64,000 nt of DNA, taken from a virus. Lineage: Duplodnaviria; Heunggongvirae; Uroviricota; Caudoviricetes. Positions 28,929-39,419 of the stretch are shown one piece after another (position 1 is the stretch's first letter; the number at the start of each line of letters is the position of its first letter). Under the pieces are notes generated by a model that worked only from the letters and a program-made list of their open reading frames with translations, searched no databases and was not told the DNA's origin. The translations under genes were made by a program, and so were the position numbers. The stretch is from IMG/VR virus record IMGVR_UViG_2902146782_000003; one strand, written 5' to 3'.

Positions 28929-30008
28929 ATGACTGCATTAGAGATTAAGGAATACATTCAAAAAAATGGAAAAATACCTTATGTTTTAGAAAGCATTGGG
29001 TGTAGCAATATAGTATATCATGATAACAAGGATTATTATAGCTGCTCTAATGCGGTGGGTGGTGACTGTAACAATCCAGCCGCCATCAATATAAGAAATA
29101 ATAAATATCTGAATTATCGAAATTATACCAGAGGAGTTGAATATGACGATGGTAAGGATTTAATTTCTTTAGTTCAGTATAATAAAAATATTGATTTTGC
29201 AAATGCAATGAAATATCTTCATAAACTTTTAGGATTGAAAAATTTATACAAAGTAAAAGAGGAGAAGAAAAAGCCGGATGATTCCTGGTTCGTGTTCTCA
29301 AGATTTGTGGTTAAGCGTAGGAAATGTGTCGTAAATGATTTTGATCCTATGAGTGAAGATATTTTAAATGATTTTGTTCCATATATTCATATTGATTTAT
29401 TTCGCGAAGGGATTATAAAACGAACAATTAAAAAATTTGGACTTGGATATTCGTATAGATGGAGGAGAACAATATTTCCAATTAGATATTGGCTAGATGG
29501 AACTCTGATGGGATATAATGCCAGAAGTTCCATCGAAAATTGTTCTGAATTTGGAATATCAAAGTACTTTATAACACCTGGGATGCGAAAAGAAATTAAT
29601 ATATATGGATTGTGGGAAAATTATAAAGATATTCAGAAAGCAGGATATATTGTTATATTCGAGGCCGAGAAATCTGTTCTTAAAAGAGACAGCAGAATGG
29701 ATCCAACCGGCGGTGCAATTGAAGGCCATGTACTTTCAGATGAGCAGGTGCGAATTATACTTGGTATCGGAGTAGAAGAAGTTATTATCGCGATGGATAA
29801 TGATGTTCCAATAGAAGAGGTCTGGAATATGTGTGAGAAGTTTTACGGATTACGCAAAGTTAGCTACATTCGTGATAAATGGAAACTGCTTGGGCCAAAG
29901 GACTCACCTGCAGATGCGCCAAATAAGATATATAACTTCCTATTTAAATGGAGAATTCCTTATGATGAAAGTAAACACAGAGAATATTTAAAGAGTTTGA
30001 AAAAATAG
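28929..30008 (+). CDS. DNA primase (TOPRIM, DnaG-like)
   Basis: N-terminal Cys-rich region; TOPRIM motifs IVIFEAEKS and IAMDNDVP. Confidence 0.65.
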   Translation: MTALEIKEYIQKNGKIPYVLESIGCSNIVYHDNKDYYSCSNAVGGDCNNPAAINIRNNKYLNYRNYTRGVEYDDGKDLISLVQYNKNIDFANAMKYLHKLLGLKNLYKVKEEKKKPDDSWFVFSRFVVKRRKCVVNDFDPMSEDILNDFVPYIHIDLFREGIIKRTIKKFGLGYSYRWRRTIFPIRYWLDGTLMGYNARSSIENCSEFGISKYFITPGMRKEINIYGLWENYKDIQKAGYIVIFEAEKSVLKRDSRMDPTGGAIEGHVLSDEQVRIILGIGVEEVIIAMDNDVPIEEVWNMCEKFYGLRKVSYIRDKWKLLGPKDSPADAPNKIYNFLFKWRIPYDESKHREYLKSLKK

Positions 30009-31190
30009 TTGAGATTAAGCTATGAAGAACTGCAGAAGATGTGCGAGGCACTTGGAGTCGATAGACTCAATTCATGGAGCCGTGTAAACTGCGTACACAA
30101 TGGTCTCTATGAGTATTTTTTGAAGTATGTATTACATAAAAAAGAGGATCGTGATGATTCTATTTATAAAGTAACTGGCGGTATTAGTCATGATATTATA
30201 GAGCGATTTTATACTGAAGAATTAGCTTATGAAAAAATGGCTGAAGAGTTTGATGAAGGATGGATGATGGCATTTGATATTGCTGATCTAAAATTTGTTC
30301 GTGGAGATGGTGCCAGAAACAATAGTATTGCAACTAAGTATTATTATGATTTGAAAAATTTCTTTGAGACACACGAGAAGATTACTGATCATATTGATAT
30401 TGAAAAGTTTGTAACTGTAAAGGTTGGTGACGAATATTACCAGGGGTATATTGACGCTCTGGTGACAGATGAAAATGGCAATTATACTATATTAGATTGG
30501 AAGACAAGCAGCATATATAAGGGAGATAAAGCGAAAAATGAATGTGGGCAGTTGGTAATGTACTCTATAGCTTTACATCAGATGGGAATACCATTTGAAA
30601 AGATTAAGATTGCATGGAATTTCCTTAAATATCAGTGTGTAACTGTTCAATCTAAAAAAGGTGTAAAGAAAGTAAGAGAAATCGAACGCTTTGAGCTTGG
30701 GGAGAAGTTACAGGCAAATGCAAAGATGTGGTTAAAAGAATTTGGATATGAAGAAAACATGCTGGAGTATCTGGATAAATTAGCTCAAACAAATGATATT
30801 ACCTGTCTTCCACAGGAAGTACAGGAGAAATATGAATTGCATGATTGTTATGTATATGTTGACTTGACTTCGGAGCTGATTCAGTATTGGGAAAATTTTA
30901 TTATCAATACTATGAAAATGATTCGTGAGAAAGAAGCTACATATGCGGAACTAAAGGCAGCAGGAAAATATGATGAAGCAGATAAACTTTGGTGGGAAGA
31001 TGAAGAGAGTCTAAAAAAGCAAAGTTATTATCTTACGAATTTGTGTGGTTATTCCACTAAACTTTATAAACCGTTAAAAGCTTATCTTGATGCTCAAGAT
31101 GAAAAGAAAAATGGAGATATTTTGGGTGCGAAAAATAAGCAGGATGAAGAATACGACATTGACAATTTAGATTGGCTTAATGATTTATAA
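30009..31190 (+). CDS. PD-(D/E)XK family nuclease (Cas4/RecB-like exonuclease)
   Basis: GYIDALVTDENGNYTILDWKTS motif (D..D/E.K); position between primase and polymerase. Confidence 0.6.
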   Translation: MRLSYEELQKMCEALGVDRLNSWSRVNCVHNGLYEYFLKYVLHKKEDRDDSIYKVTGGISHDIIERFYTEELAYEKMAEEFDEGWMMAFDIADLKFVRGDGARNNSIATKYYYDLKNFFETHEKITDHIDIEKFVTVKVGDEYYQGYIDALVTDENGNYTILDWKTSSIYKGDKAKNECGQLVMYSIALHQMGIPFEKIKIAWNFLKYQCVTVQSKKGVKKVREIERFELGEKLQANAKMWLKEFGYEENMLEYLDKLAQTNDITCLPQEVQEKYELHDCYVYVDLTSELIQYWENFIINTMKMIREKEATYAELKAAGKYDEADKLWWEDEESLKKQSYYLTNLCGYSTKLYKPLKAYLDAQDEKKNGDILGAKNKQDEEYDIDNLDWLNDL

Positions 31191-31199
31191 GGAGATAAA

Positions 31200-34100
31200 A
31201 TGGGACAGTATACTATTTACCATTGCCACTCAAACCGTTCTCTTCTTGATAGTTGTACTGATTATAAAGAATATGCAGACCGTGTATCGGAGCTAGGGTA
31301 TAAAGCCTTAGCTCTGACGGAACATGGTAATGCCTACAATTGGGTTGAAAAAAAGATGTATATCAATTCAAAAGGATTAAAATACATACACGGAGTTGAG
31401 TGTTATTTAACAGCTTCACTAGAAGAGAAAGTAAGGGACAATTATCATACAATTCTTTTGGCTAAGAACTATGAAGGTGTAAAAGAAATCAATCTTTTAA
31501 TTGATAAATCTACACAACCGGATCATAGATATTATAAACCACGTATTACATTTGAAGAGTTCTTTAATATTTCAGATAATGTAATCAAGATTTCTGCTTG
31601 TTTGGCATCACCTTTGAATAAATACCCAAAGGATATCCAAAAGCAAATAGCGGAAAAGTCTGCAGCATTAAAGCAGGAACTGGCAAATAAAGTAGCTGAA
31701 CTTGAAAAACAGAAGAATGATCAAAAAGCCATGATAAAATGGTTCAAACAGTTTGATGGCTTTGAAGAAGAGGAGTTACCGTGGGTAATAAACGGATGTA
31801 TTCCAGGTGATTCATATTTGCATTATATCGAAATTCAAATTGATAAGTTGAAGCAATATTATGATAATCTGCTTGAAGAAGTTCAGCTTATGAATGTGAC
31901 AGCGAGAGAGACTTTTTATAAGTTATTGGAAACATATGATTACTATGAAATTCAGCCGCATGATTTTCCAGAGCAGAAACGATATAACGAATTTTTATAT
32001 GCTGCATCAAAACAAACAGGGAAACCTTTAATCGCCGGAACAGATACACATAGCATTGATTATTATAAAGCTGAATGCAGAAGCATTTTACAGAAAGCAA
32101 AACGTATCGAATATGCTGATGAAGATAAATTTGATCTGACATTAAAGACTTACGAAGAGTTGGTTGAAATGTTCCGTATTCAGAATTGCGATATTCCATT
32201 TGATGTGATTCTGCAGGCAATAGAGAATACAAATGTGATGGCTGATTCTGTTACTGATTTCGAACTTGATACTTCTGTAAAATATCCAAAATTGTACGAC
32301 AATGAAGAGGAAGTATTAAAGAAAAGAATTTTTGATAAATTGCATGAGAAAATTGATGCAGGAATTATCAAAAAGGAAAAAATTCCAGAATACGTGAAGC
32401 GTATCAAAGAGGAAATGCGTGTATTTAAAAAGATTAATATGATTGGATTTATGCTCTTTATGTCCGAACTGGTATGTTGGTGTTGGGAAAATGGTATACC
32501 AGTTGGGCCATGTAGAGGATCTGTAGGTGGTTCTACTGTTGCATACATAACAGATATCATTGATGTTGATCCAGTTATATGGAATACAATTTTCTCACGA
32601 TTTGCCAATGAAGATCGTGAAGAAGTAGGAGATATCGATCTGGATATTTCACCGGATCAGCGAGAACTGGTATACAATCATATTATTGAATCTTTCGGAT
32701 ACGATAAGACAGCCTATATTTTAGCTATTGGTACTGTATCTGATAAAGGAACGATTGATGAAATAGGACGAGCTTTAGATATTCCACTTGATGAGGTTGC
32801 ACATATTAAGGAAATGTATAGTGCCTATAAAGATACAATTGAATCAACCGGAAAAAGAATTAAAGAAATCGAAGATATGATTCATTTCGGTGAAATTAAA
32901 AAGGCAGATAAAGATTCCGAATACTATGGATTGCGTCGTGATTATGAAAATAAATTAAAAGAACATGAGAAAGCAATATCTCAAATGGAAGATCTGAAAG
33001 ATAATCAGTATCGACAGTTATTCTATTATTTTGATGGAATTAATGGTACTCCGGTTTCTCAGTCAATTCATCCGGCCGGTATTGTAGTTTCTCCGGTGAC
33101 ACTTCCAGATAACTATGGAACGTTTTGGAATGACGGAAAACGTATTATGTGTATCAATATGGAAGAAATTCATGATGGTGCCGGTCTTGTTAAATACGAT
33201 TTACTTGGCCTAAAGAATCTGGAAATTATTCGAAAGTGCTATGAATATGCCGGACTTCCATATCCAAAATCACATCAGATTAACTGGAATGATAAGAAGG
33301 TATGGAATGATATTGTTCTTTGTCCTGCTGGCGTATTTCAGTTCGAATCGCCATATGCATATGAAATGCTTAAGAATTATGGCCCACAATGTATCAACGA
33401 TTTATCAATGATAAATGCGTCACTAAGACCATCCGGGGCTTCATATCGAGATAGGCTGCTAGCAGGTGAGACAAATAAAAATCCATCACCACTTATTGAT
33501 GAATTGCTGAAAGATAATAGAGGATTTCTTATTTTTCAGGAGGACACCATTAAGTTTCTTCAAAATATATGCGGGTTAAGTGGGTCTGCTGCTGATAACG
33601 TTCGACGAGCAATCGGACGTAAACAGATGGATCGACTGCAGAAAGCTTTGCCTGATATTTTGAATGGATATTGTAAAATGTCTTCTCAGCCAAGAGAAAT
33701 AGCAGAGAAGGAAGCAAGGGCGTTCTTACAGATTATTGAGGATAGTGCAAATTATCAATTTGGGTATAATCATTCAACAGGCTATTCTATGATTGGTTAT
33801 ATGTGTGCATTCTGTAGGTATTATTATCCAGAAGAATTCATTGCTGCATATTTAAACTGTGCAAACAATACAGATGATATTCTGATGGGGACTGAATTGG
33901 CGAAGATAAAGAACATTGAAATAAAAAATATCAAGTTCCGAAAATCCGGTGCCGAATATACCGTAGATAAAGCGAATCATGCATTATATAAGGGTATTGC
34001 ATCAATTAAATTCTGTAATGCTCAAATAGCAAATGATCTTCTTGAATTAGCAACGAATCGATATAACAATTTTACAGAAGTTCTGGCAGATGTAAATACA

Positions 34101-34709
34101 AAAACATCTGTGAATTCCAGACAGTTAACGATTCTTATTGGATTAAATTATTTCGAGGAGTTTGGAAAAAATCAGTATTTGATGCAAGTATCCGAGATCT
34201 ACGACAAATTTGCTTTATGTAAGATTATCAGTAAAAAAAAGATGGAAAGTCTTGGCTTGACAGAGTATCTGATGAAGAAATATGCCGGAAAAGAGACTGC
34301 TTCTCAATATAGGGATTTGGATAATACAGGGCTTATAGCTGAGTTATCTAATCGTTTAGAAAATAAAGCAATGTCTGTTATTGATCAGGTGAAGTTTGAA
34401 AAGGAATATCTTCAGTATGTTGTATATGTAAATCCAAAAGTAAATCAATGTTTTTACGTCGTGACAGATTATAAAACTTTCAAGGAAGTCAGAAAACCAT
34501 ATTGTGTATTACATAATATTAAAACCGGAGAGGATGTAAAAGCAAGAGTAACCAGTATAAAAGTATATCAGGATAATCCGTTTGGTGAATTTTCTATTTT
34601 GAAGGTTCCACACTTTACAAAGAAAAAGAAGAAAAAATGTGTGAATGGAACATGGCAGGAAACAGATGAACTTGAAAATATACTTGATGAATATGAAGTA
34701 ATTAAATAG
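31200..34709 (+). CDS. dnaE: DNA polymerase III alpha subunit (DnaE-type, PHP domain)
   Basis: N-terminal PHP signature HCHSNRSLLDS ... LTEHGN; 1169 aa; polymerase core motifs. Confidence 0.85.
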   Translation: MGQYTIYHCHSNRSLLDSCTDYKEYADRVSELGYKALALTEHGNAYNWVEKKMYINSKGLKYIHGVECYLTASLEEKVRDNYHTILLAKNYEGVKEINLLIDKSTQPDHRYYKPRITFEEFFNISDNVIKISACLASPLNKYPKDIQKQIAEKSAALKQELANKVAELEKQKNDQKAMIKWFKQFDGFEEEELPWVINGCIPGDSYLHYIEIQIDKLKQYYDNLLEEVQLMNVTARETFYKLLETYDYYEIQPHDFPEQKRYNEFLYAASKQTGKPLIAGTDTHSIDYYKAECRSILQKAKRIEYADEDKFDLTLKTYEELVEMFRIQNCDIPFDVILQAIENTNVMADSVTDFELDTSVKYPKLYDNEEEVLKKRIFDKLHEKIDAGIIKKEKIPEYVKRIKEEMRVFKKINMIGFMLFMSELVCWCWENGIPVGPCRGSVGGSTVAYITDIIDVDPVIWNTIFSRFANEDREEVGDIDLDISPDQRELVYNHIIESFGYDKTAYILAIGTVSDKGTIDEIGRALDIPLDEVAHIKEMYSAYKDTIESTGKRIKEIEDMIHFGEIKKADKDSEYYGLRRDYENKLKEHEKAISQMEDLKDNQYRQLFYYFDGINGTPVSQSIHPAGIVVSPVTLPDNYGTFWNDGKRIMCINMEEIHDGAGLVKYDLLGLKNLEIIRKCYEYAGLPYPKSHQINWNDKKVWNDIVLCPAGVFQFESPYAYEMLKNYGPQCINDLSMINASLRPSGASYRDRLLAGETNKNPSPLIDELLKDNRGFLIFQEDTIKFLQNICGLSGSAADNVRRAIGRKQMDRLQKALPDILNGYCKMSSQPREIAEKEARAFLQIIEDSANYQFGYNHSTGYSMIGYMCAFCRYYYPEEFIAAYLNCANNTDDILMGTELAKIKNIEIKNIKFRKSGAEYTVDKANHALYKGIASIKFCNAQIANDLLELATNRYNNFTEVLADVNTKTSVNSRQLTILIGLNYFEEFGKNQYLMQVSEIYDKFALCKIISKKKMESLGLTEYLMKKYAGKETASQYRDLDNTGLIAELSNRLENKAMSVIDQVKFEKEYLQYVVYVNPKVNQCFYVVTDYKTFKEVRKPYCVLHNIKTGEDVKARVTSIKVYQDNPFGEFSILKVPHFTKKKKKKCVNGTWQETDELENILDEYEVIK

Positions 34710-34711
34710 GT

Positions 34712-37014
34712 GTGAATATGAGTAAAAAAGAAGTGAAATTTAATTGTAAAATCGTAAAGTGCATGTATAATTCGGAGGATTATAAGATTTATGCTACAGA
34801 TGTAGATAAAAAAGAGTTTCCCAATATTAAGCATAATAAATATGATAATGTTACTATTTATGGAAATGTACATAATTTAGTAGTTTCACAGTCGTATGAA
34901 ATTACGGCTGTGGAACAGCTCGATAAATATGGTTTTGGGTATGATATTGTAAATATAAGGATGGATAAACCTAAAAATGAAAAAGAAGTATATATGTTCT
35001 TAAGAGAAATCTTAACCGAGAAGCAGGCAGGCGTACTTTGGCAACATTATCCGGACATTATTGATATTATTTTAAGAGGCGAAGCAGACACTGTTGATTT
35101 AGATCAATTAAAAGGCATTGGCGAAAAAACATTTGAAACTATTAAGACGAAAATAATTGAGAATTATTGTATCTATGACTTAGTAGTTGAATTCGGCGGA
35201 ATTCTTACAATGTCTATGCTGAAAAAACTATACGATGAATTTAGATCAATTCCTAAAATGAAACAGGAATTGAGAAAACAACCATATAAATCTTTGACAA
35301 AAATATCTGGTGTAGGTTTTATTAAGGCAGATAGTATTCTTTTAGAATTGCAGAGACTTGGCAAGATCAATTTTCCGTTTGAATTAAAATCATCTGCGCA
35401 AAGATGTGCAGCATGTATGGAATATTATTTGGAAGAGAATCAAAAAGAGGGAAATACTAAAATGGATCTCCGCGATCTCAGAAAACAGGTTGTAAGACTT
35501 GTTCCTGCTTGTTCATCACATTATGTTGAATGTTTAAAGGATCCAGATATTTATTATAACAAAGATACTTTTGAAGTATCTTTAAAAGCCACACATGATA
35601 CTGAAACTGCTATAGCTGCTATATTATTTGTAGCAAACTTAAAACCTAAAATATGGGATTTTGACTGGAAGAGTTATCAGACGTCGGGAGAGTATCATTT
35701 AACTGACGAACAAACCAGTGCATTGGAATGTATATGTAACAATAATATTATGATACTGAATGGTTTTGCAGGATCAGGTAAAAGTGCCACTTCCGCAATG
35801 ATCATTAAAATGTTGGAGGATAACAATATTTCATATACTTTAATGGCTCCAACAGGACGCGCTGCAAAAGTGTTGAGTGATTATACCGGTAAGCCAGCGG
35901 CTACAATTCATCGTGCTTAGGTTATATGCCGAAGAATAGGTGGGGATATGATAGTGAATGCAAACTCCCATTTGATGTTGTTCTTGTAGATGAATTCTCT
36001 ATGACAGATATATTTCTGTTCTTACATTTGTGTGACGCAATTGATTTTAGCAGAACGAAACTTATTGTTGTAGGTGATTCAGCGCAGCTTCCATCTGTTG
36101 GGCCGGGAAATCTACTTTATGATATGATCAATTCATTTGTTATACCTACAGTGACTTTGAATCAAATTTTCAGGTACGCTGAGGGTGGGTTAATGAAAGT
36201 TGCTACTGATGTTAGAAATATGAAACCATATTTATATGATTTGAGTAATGGTATGGTAAAATTTGGCAAGGATTATACTTTTATTAATGCTAATAATGAA
36301 CAGGCAGTAAAATGTGCAATTGGATTATATCAGAAGCTTCTTTCTCAATATGTTCCTGAAGATATTCTTGTTCTATCTGCTTTCAATAAAGGTGATTGTG
36401 GTACTATTGCAATTAATAATGCAATCCAGAAAATTGCTAATCCAAACTATGGATCAGAAAAATGTATCAAATCTGGAGATACGACATATTACGTTGGTGA
36501 TATAGTAATTCAGATCAAAAATAATTATGAAGCAGAAGTGGATATGGGGGATATGAATATAGAAAATGCTTCTCAAAATGATGAACCTTCTATAAATAAC
36601 ACATTTATTCCTAATGGTATGTTAGGAAAGATTATTGATATTTATGACGAAATTATTCCATATACAAATGAACATAAGACAGGCGCTATTATTGATTTTG
36701 ATGGTGTCAGAGTAAAATATGAAAAATCAGAAATGTCAATGTTGCTGCTTGGATATGCAATTTCTATTCATAAAAGCCAAGGAGGAAGTGCTAAGGTGAC
36801 GATTACACTTACACCATCTTGTCATGCTTATATGATGAATTCTAATTTATTATATGTGGCATTAACACGTACAAAAGAAAAATGCTTTCATATTGGAGAT
36901 AAAGACACTGTAAACAGATCCATTAAAAAGAAAGAGAATTTTAAGAGGAACACTTTTTTATTAGATATATTAAAGAAGTTAAAAATTAAATTAAACAAAA
37001 AGGAGAGCAAATGA
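34712..37014 (+). CDS. RecD-like SF1 DNA helicase, interrupted by a -1 frameshift at about 35915-35920
   Basis: Walker A GFAGSGKSAT, TIHRA*/LGY junction (canonical TIHRLLG), Walker B VLVDEFSM, SIHKSQG motif; the two ORFs 34712-35920 and 35926-37014 are contiguous in different frames. Confidence 0.7.
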
Positions 37015-37784
37015 AGTCAGAATTATTTAAAAACGAATTAAAAACAATTACTTCAGATGATATTCGTGATTTTGCAAAAGTTGTTTTGGACGATGCCCCA
37101 GACTATTTTTTCAAAGTTGCGGCAAGTTCTACAGGTAAATATCACCCGGCATACGCGCTGGGTGATGGCGGTTTAATGCGTCATACAAAAGCAGTATTAA
37201 GGATTTACAATTATATCATCGGATTAGAACAGTACCAGAATCAGTTTGATGAGAGATGGATAGATCTTGGACGTGTTGCTTGTTTGGCACATGATATTCA
37301 AAAGTCTGGTACTGCAGAAATATATGAAGAAAAGGCAAAGGATGGAAAAAAGGTGTTTACTGTATTTAATCATCCGTTGTTGGCAGCAGAATATATTCGT
37401 AATTATAAAGGATTATATCTCGAAGATGATGAACTTGAGATTATTGCTGATGCTGTTTCGTCTCATATGGGACAATGGAACACAAGTGATAGAGAAAGTA
37501 TTGTCTTACCAAAGCCAAAATCACAGTTAGATAAAATTGTACATGTAGCAGATTATTTGGCTTCCAGAAAAGACATTGATATTTCTTTTAAAGATGATAC
37601 TGATGCATATGATTTACCGGATATCGAGACATACAAATGTCCGTATAAGAAACATAAGGACGAGTTACTGGTAGACGTTGCAAAGACAGATCCTGAATAT
37701 CTGGAATGGTTATCTGAGAATGTCAATATGAGAGAACCTATGAAAACATTCGTAAATGAACTTTTAAAAAACAAAACAAATTAA
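37011..37784 (+). CDS. HD-domain phosphohydrolase
   Basis: H ... HD ... D motif (KYHPAY, CLAHDIQK). Confidence 0.7.
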   Translation: MKSELFKNELKTITSDDIRDFAKVVLDDAPDYFFKVAASSTGKYHPAYALGDGGLMRHTKAVLRIYNYIIGLEQYQNQFDERWIDLGRVACLAHDIQKSGTAEIYEEKAKDGKKVFTVFNHPLLAAEYIRNYKGLYLEDDELEIIADAVSSHMGQWNTSDRESIVLPKPKSQLDKIVHVADYLASRKDIDISFKDDTDAYDLPDIETYKCPYKKHKDELLVDVAKTDPEYLEWLSENVNMREPMKTFVNELLKNKTN

Positions 37785-37798
37785 ATTAACTTTTGCTA

Positions 37799-37830
37799 TT
37801 GACATCAGAAACCTATAGTGCTATTATAAT
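37799..37830 (+). promoter_or_regulatory. sigma-70-like promoter (TTGACA-17-TATTATAAT) after an AAATTAAATTAACTTT box
   Basis: read directly from the sequence. Confidence 0.5.
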
Positions 37831-37875
37831 GGCACAGGGAAAACAAATTAAATTAACTCAAGGAGATATGTAGAC

Positions 37876-38628
37876 ATGAAAGTAACCCTTACAGAAATGC
37901 ACTCAATAAGAGATGCAATCAGAACAATGTACATGAGCAAAAGAACATGGAATGTAGAGATAGAGCAGCAGCTTAAAGAAATGGTAGATCATTGCACAGA
38001 TCGTTATGGGAGGCCATTAGATCTGCCAGAGGATGATGAATTAAAAATTAAATTCGACAAAGAAGTAGCAAAACTTCTTAAATGGGGACAAAAGCATATC
38101 ACAATGCTACGATTTGAAGATATTTCCGTTGTTGTAGAAGGTCTTCATAGAGGGGCAACTGATGATCTGGATTCCCACGCAAAGAGAATGGATAACAGGA
38201 TTATTCGTAGCAGTACAAGGCTTGCAGATTACCATGAGGGAGAAGTTTCTGAATGGTACGAAGATAAAATTATCACATGGGATGAAGTATTAAAATATCT
38301 TGGTACGAAAATTCCTGGTGAGATTAGTTATTATGGTGATACTTATGTAAGGTCAAATAATGGTTTCATTAAAAAAGGATTAGAAAATAATAAAGATGTA
38401 AAACGTGGTTTATATCCACTGGCAATTCCCATGAATTTTACTTTCAAAATAAATATTACTGAATTAGCGCATATTTATGTTGAGAGAGGATCAAAAGATG
38501 GTGGCGCTCATGGAACAGCTGCACCGGAGCTTCAGATCATGATTGAAGATTTAATTAATCAGATTGAGTCTTGGTATCCGGGAATTAATAGAGAATTACT
38601 TTTAAAGATTGCGAGTAATAATGTATGA
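37876..38628 (+). CDS. hypothetical protein, weak ThyX-like resemblance
   Basis: N-terminus MKVTLTEMHS and the region VVVEGLHRGATDDLDSHAKRMDNRIIRSSTR loosely echo ThyX (MKVxLIxHTP ... RHRxxSxxxxSxR), but the RHR motif is not conserved. Confidence 0.35.
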   Translation: MKVTLTEMHSIRDAIRTMYMSKRTWNVEIEQQLKEMVDHCTDRYGRPLDLPEDDELKIKFDKEVAKLLKWGQKHITMLRFEDISVVVEGLHRGATDDLDSHAKRMDNRIIRSSTRLADYHEGEVSEWYEDKIITWDEVLKYLGTKIPGEISYYGDTYVRSNNGFIKKGLENNKDVKRGLYPLAIPMNFTFKINITELAHIYVERGSKDGGAHGTAAPELQIMIEDLINQIESWYPGINRELLLKIASNNV

Positions 38629-38855
38629 ATGTATATTTTGCAAACGGAACTAATATTGTAGTTGGATGCGATAATGAAAAAGATAGTTATTATTTTTGCC
38701 AGAAAGATGGTAATGAGTGCTGCAAGAAAGATACTTGCAAAAGATTTCTTGATTCAGATGGCAATGTAAGCACAAGACTTTTTAAGATTATGTGTAATGA
38801 TGAAAATCATCACATCTTATATATACCGGAAAGGAATGAAACAAATAATGCATAA
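38625..38855 (+). CDS. small Cys-rich protein
   Basis: ORF with several Cys (CDNEKDSYYFC ... CCKKDTC). Confidence 0.35.
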   Translation: MNVYFANGTNIVVGCDNEKDSYYFCQKDGNECCKKDTCKRFLDSDGNVSTRLFKIMCNDENHHILYIPERNETNNA

Positions 38856-39419
38856 AAAGTTAGTATTTTTATTTATTGGAAGAACCGCTTCTGGTAAATC
38901 ATCGCTTGCAAGATATATATGCGAGACATTAAGACTTCGACAGGTAAAAAGCATTACAACAAGACTGCCGCGCAAAGATGAAATAACAGGATATGAAGAT
39001 CATACTTTGTATCTGAGAGTGAATTCGATGAAATTAAATTTAAAGAAGGCTTTGTAGCGTATACTGAAATTAACGGAATTAAATATGGCACTACATATAA
39101 TGAAATTGTGAACTCAGATATTTATGTAATTGATCCGAACGGAGCAAAGTATTTGAAAGAACATTGCAAAGATGAATTTAAATTTATCGAGATTTATTTT
39201 TCTTCACCATTTGAATTAGCAAAAGACAGGTTCCTTAAAAGAGATGGATCAGAAGAAGAATTTTACTCCAGATATAACAGTGAAGATGAACAATTCACTA
39301 AATATGAAGAAGCTGAAGGGTATGACCACTTATTTGTGAATGATATGAGCTTTTCGAAAGCTTCAGAAGCATTACGTGACTTACTTAAGAGTGAAATGGA
39401 AAAGGAGAAATCGTTATGA
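38848..39419 (+). CDS. guanylate kinase-like (d)NMP kinase, interrupted by a frameshift near 38998-39006
   Basis: P-loop GRTASGKSS; TTRLPRKDEITGYEDH (GK signature TTRPPRxGExDGxDYHFV); continuation YFVSESEFDEIKFKEGFVAYTEINGIKYGT is in the -1 frame. Confidence 0.6.
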
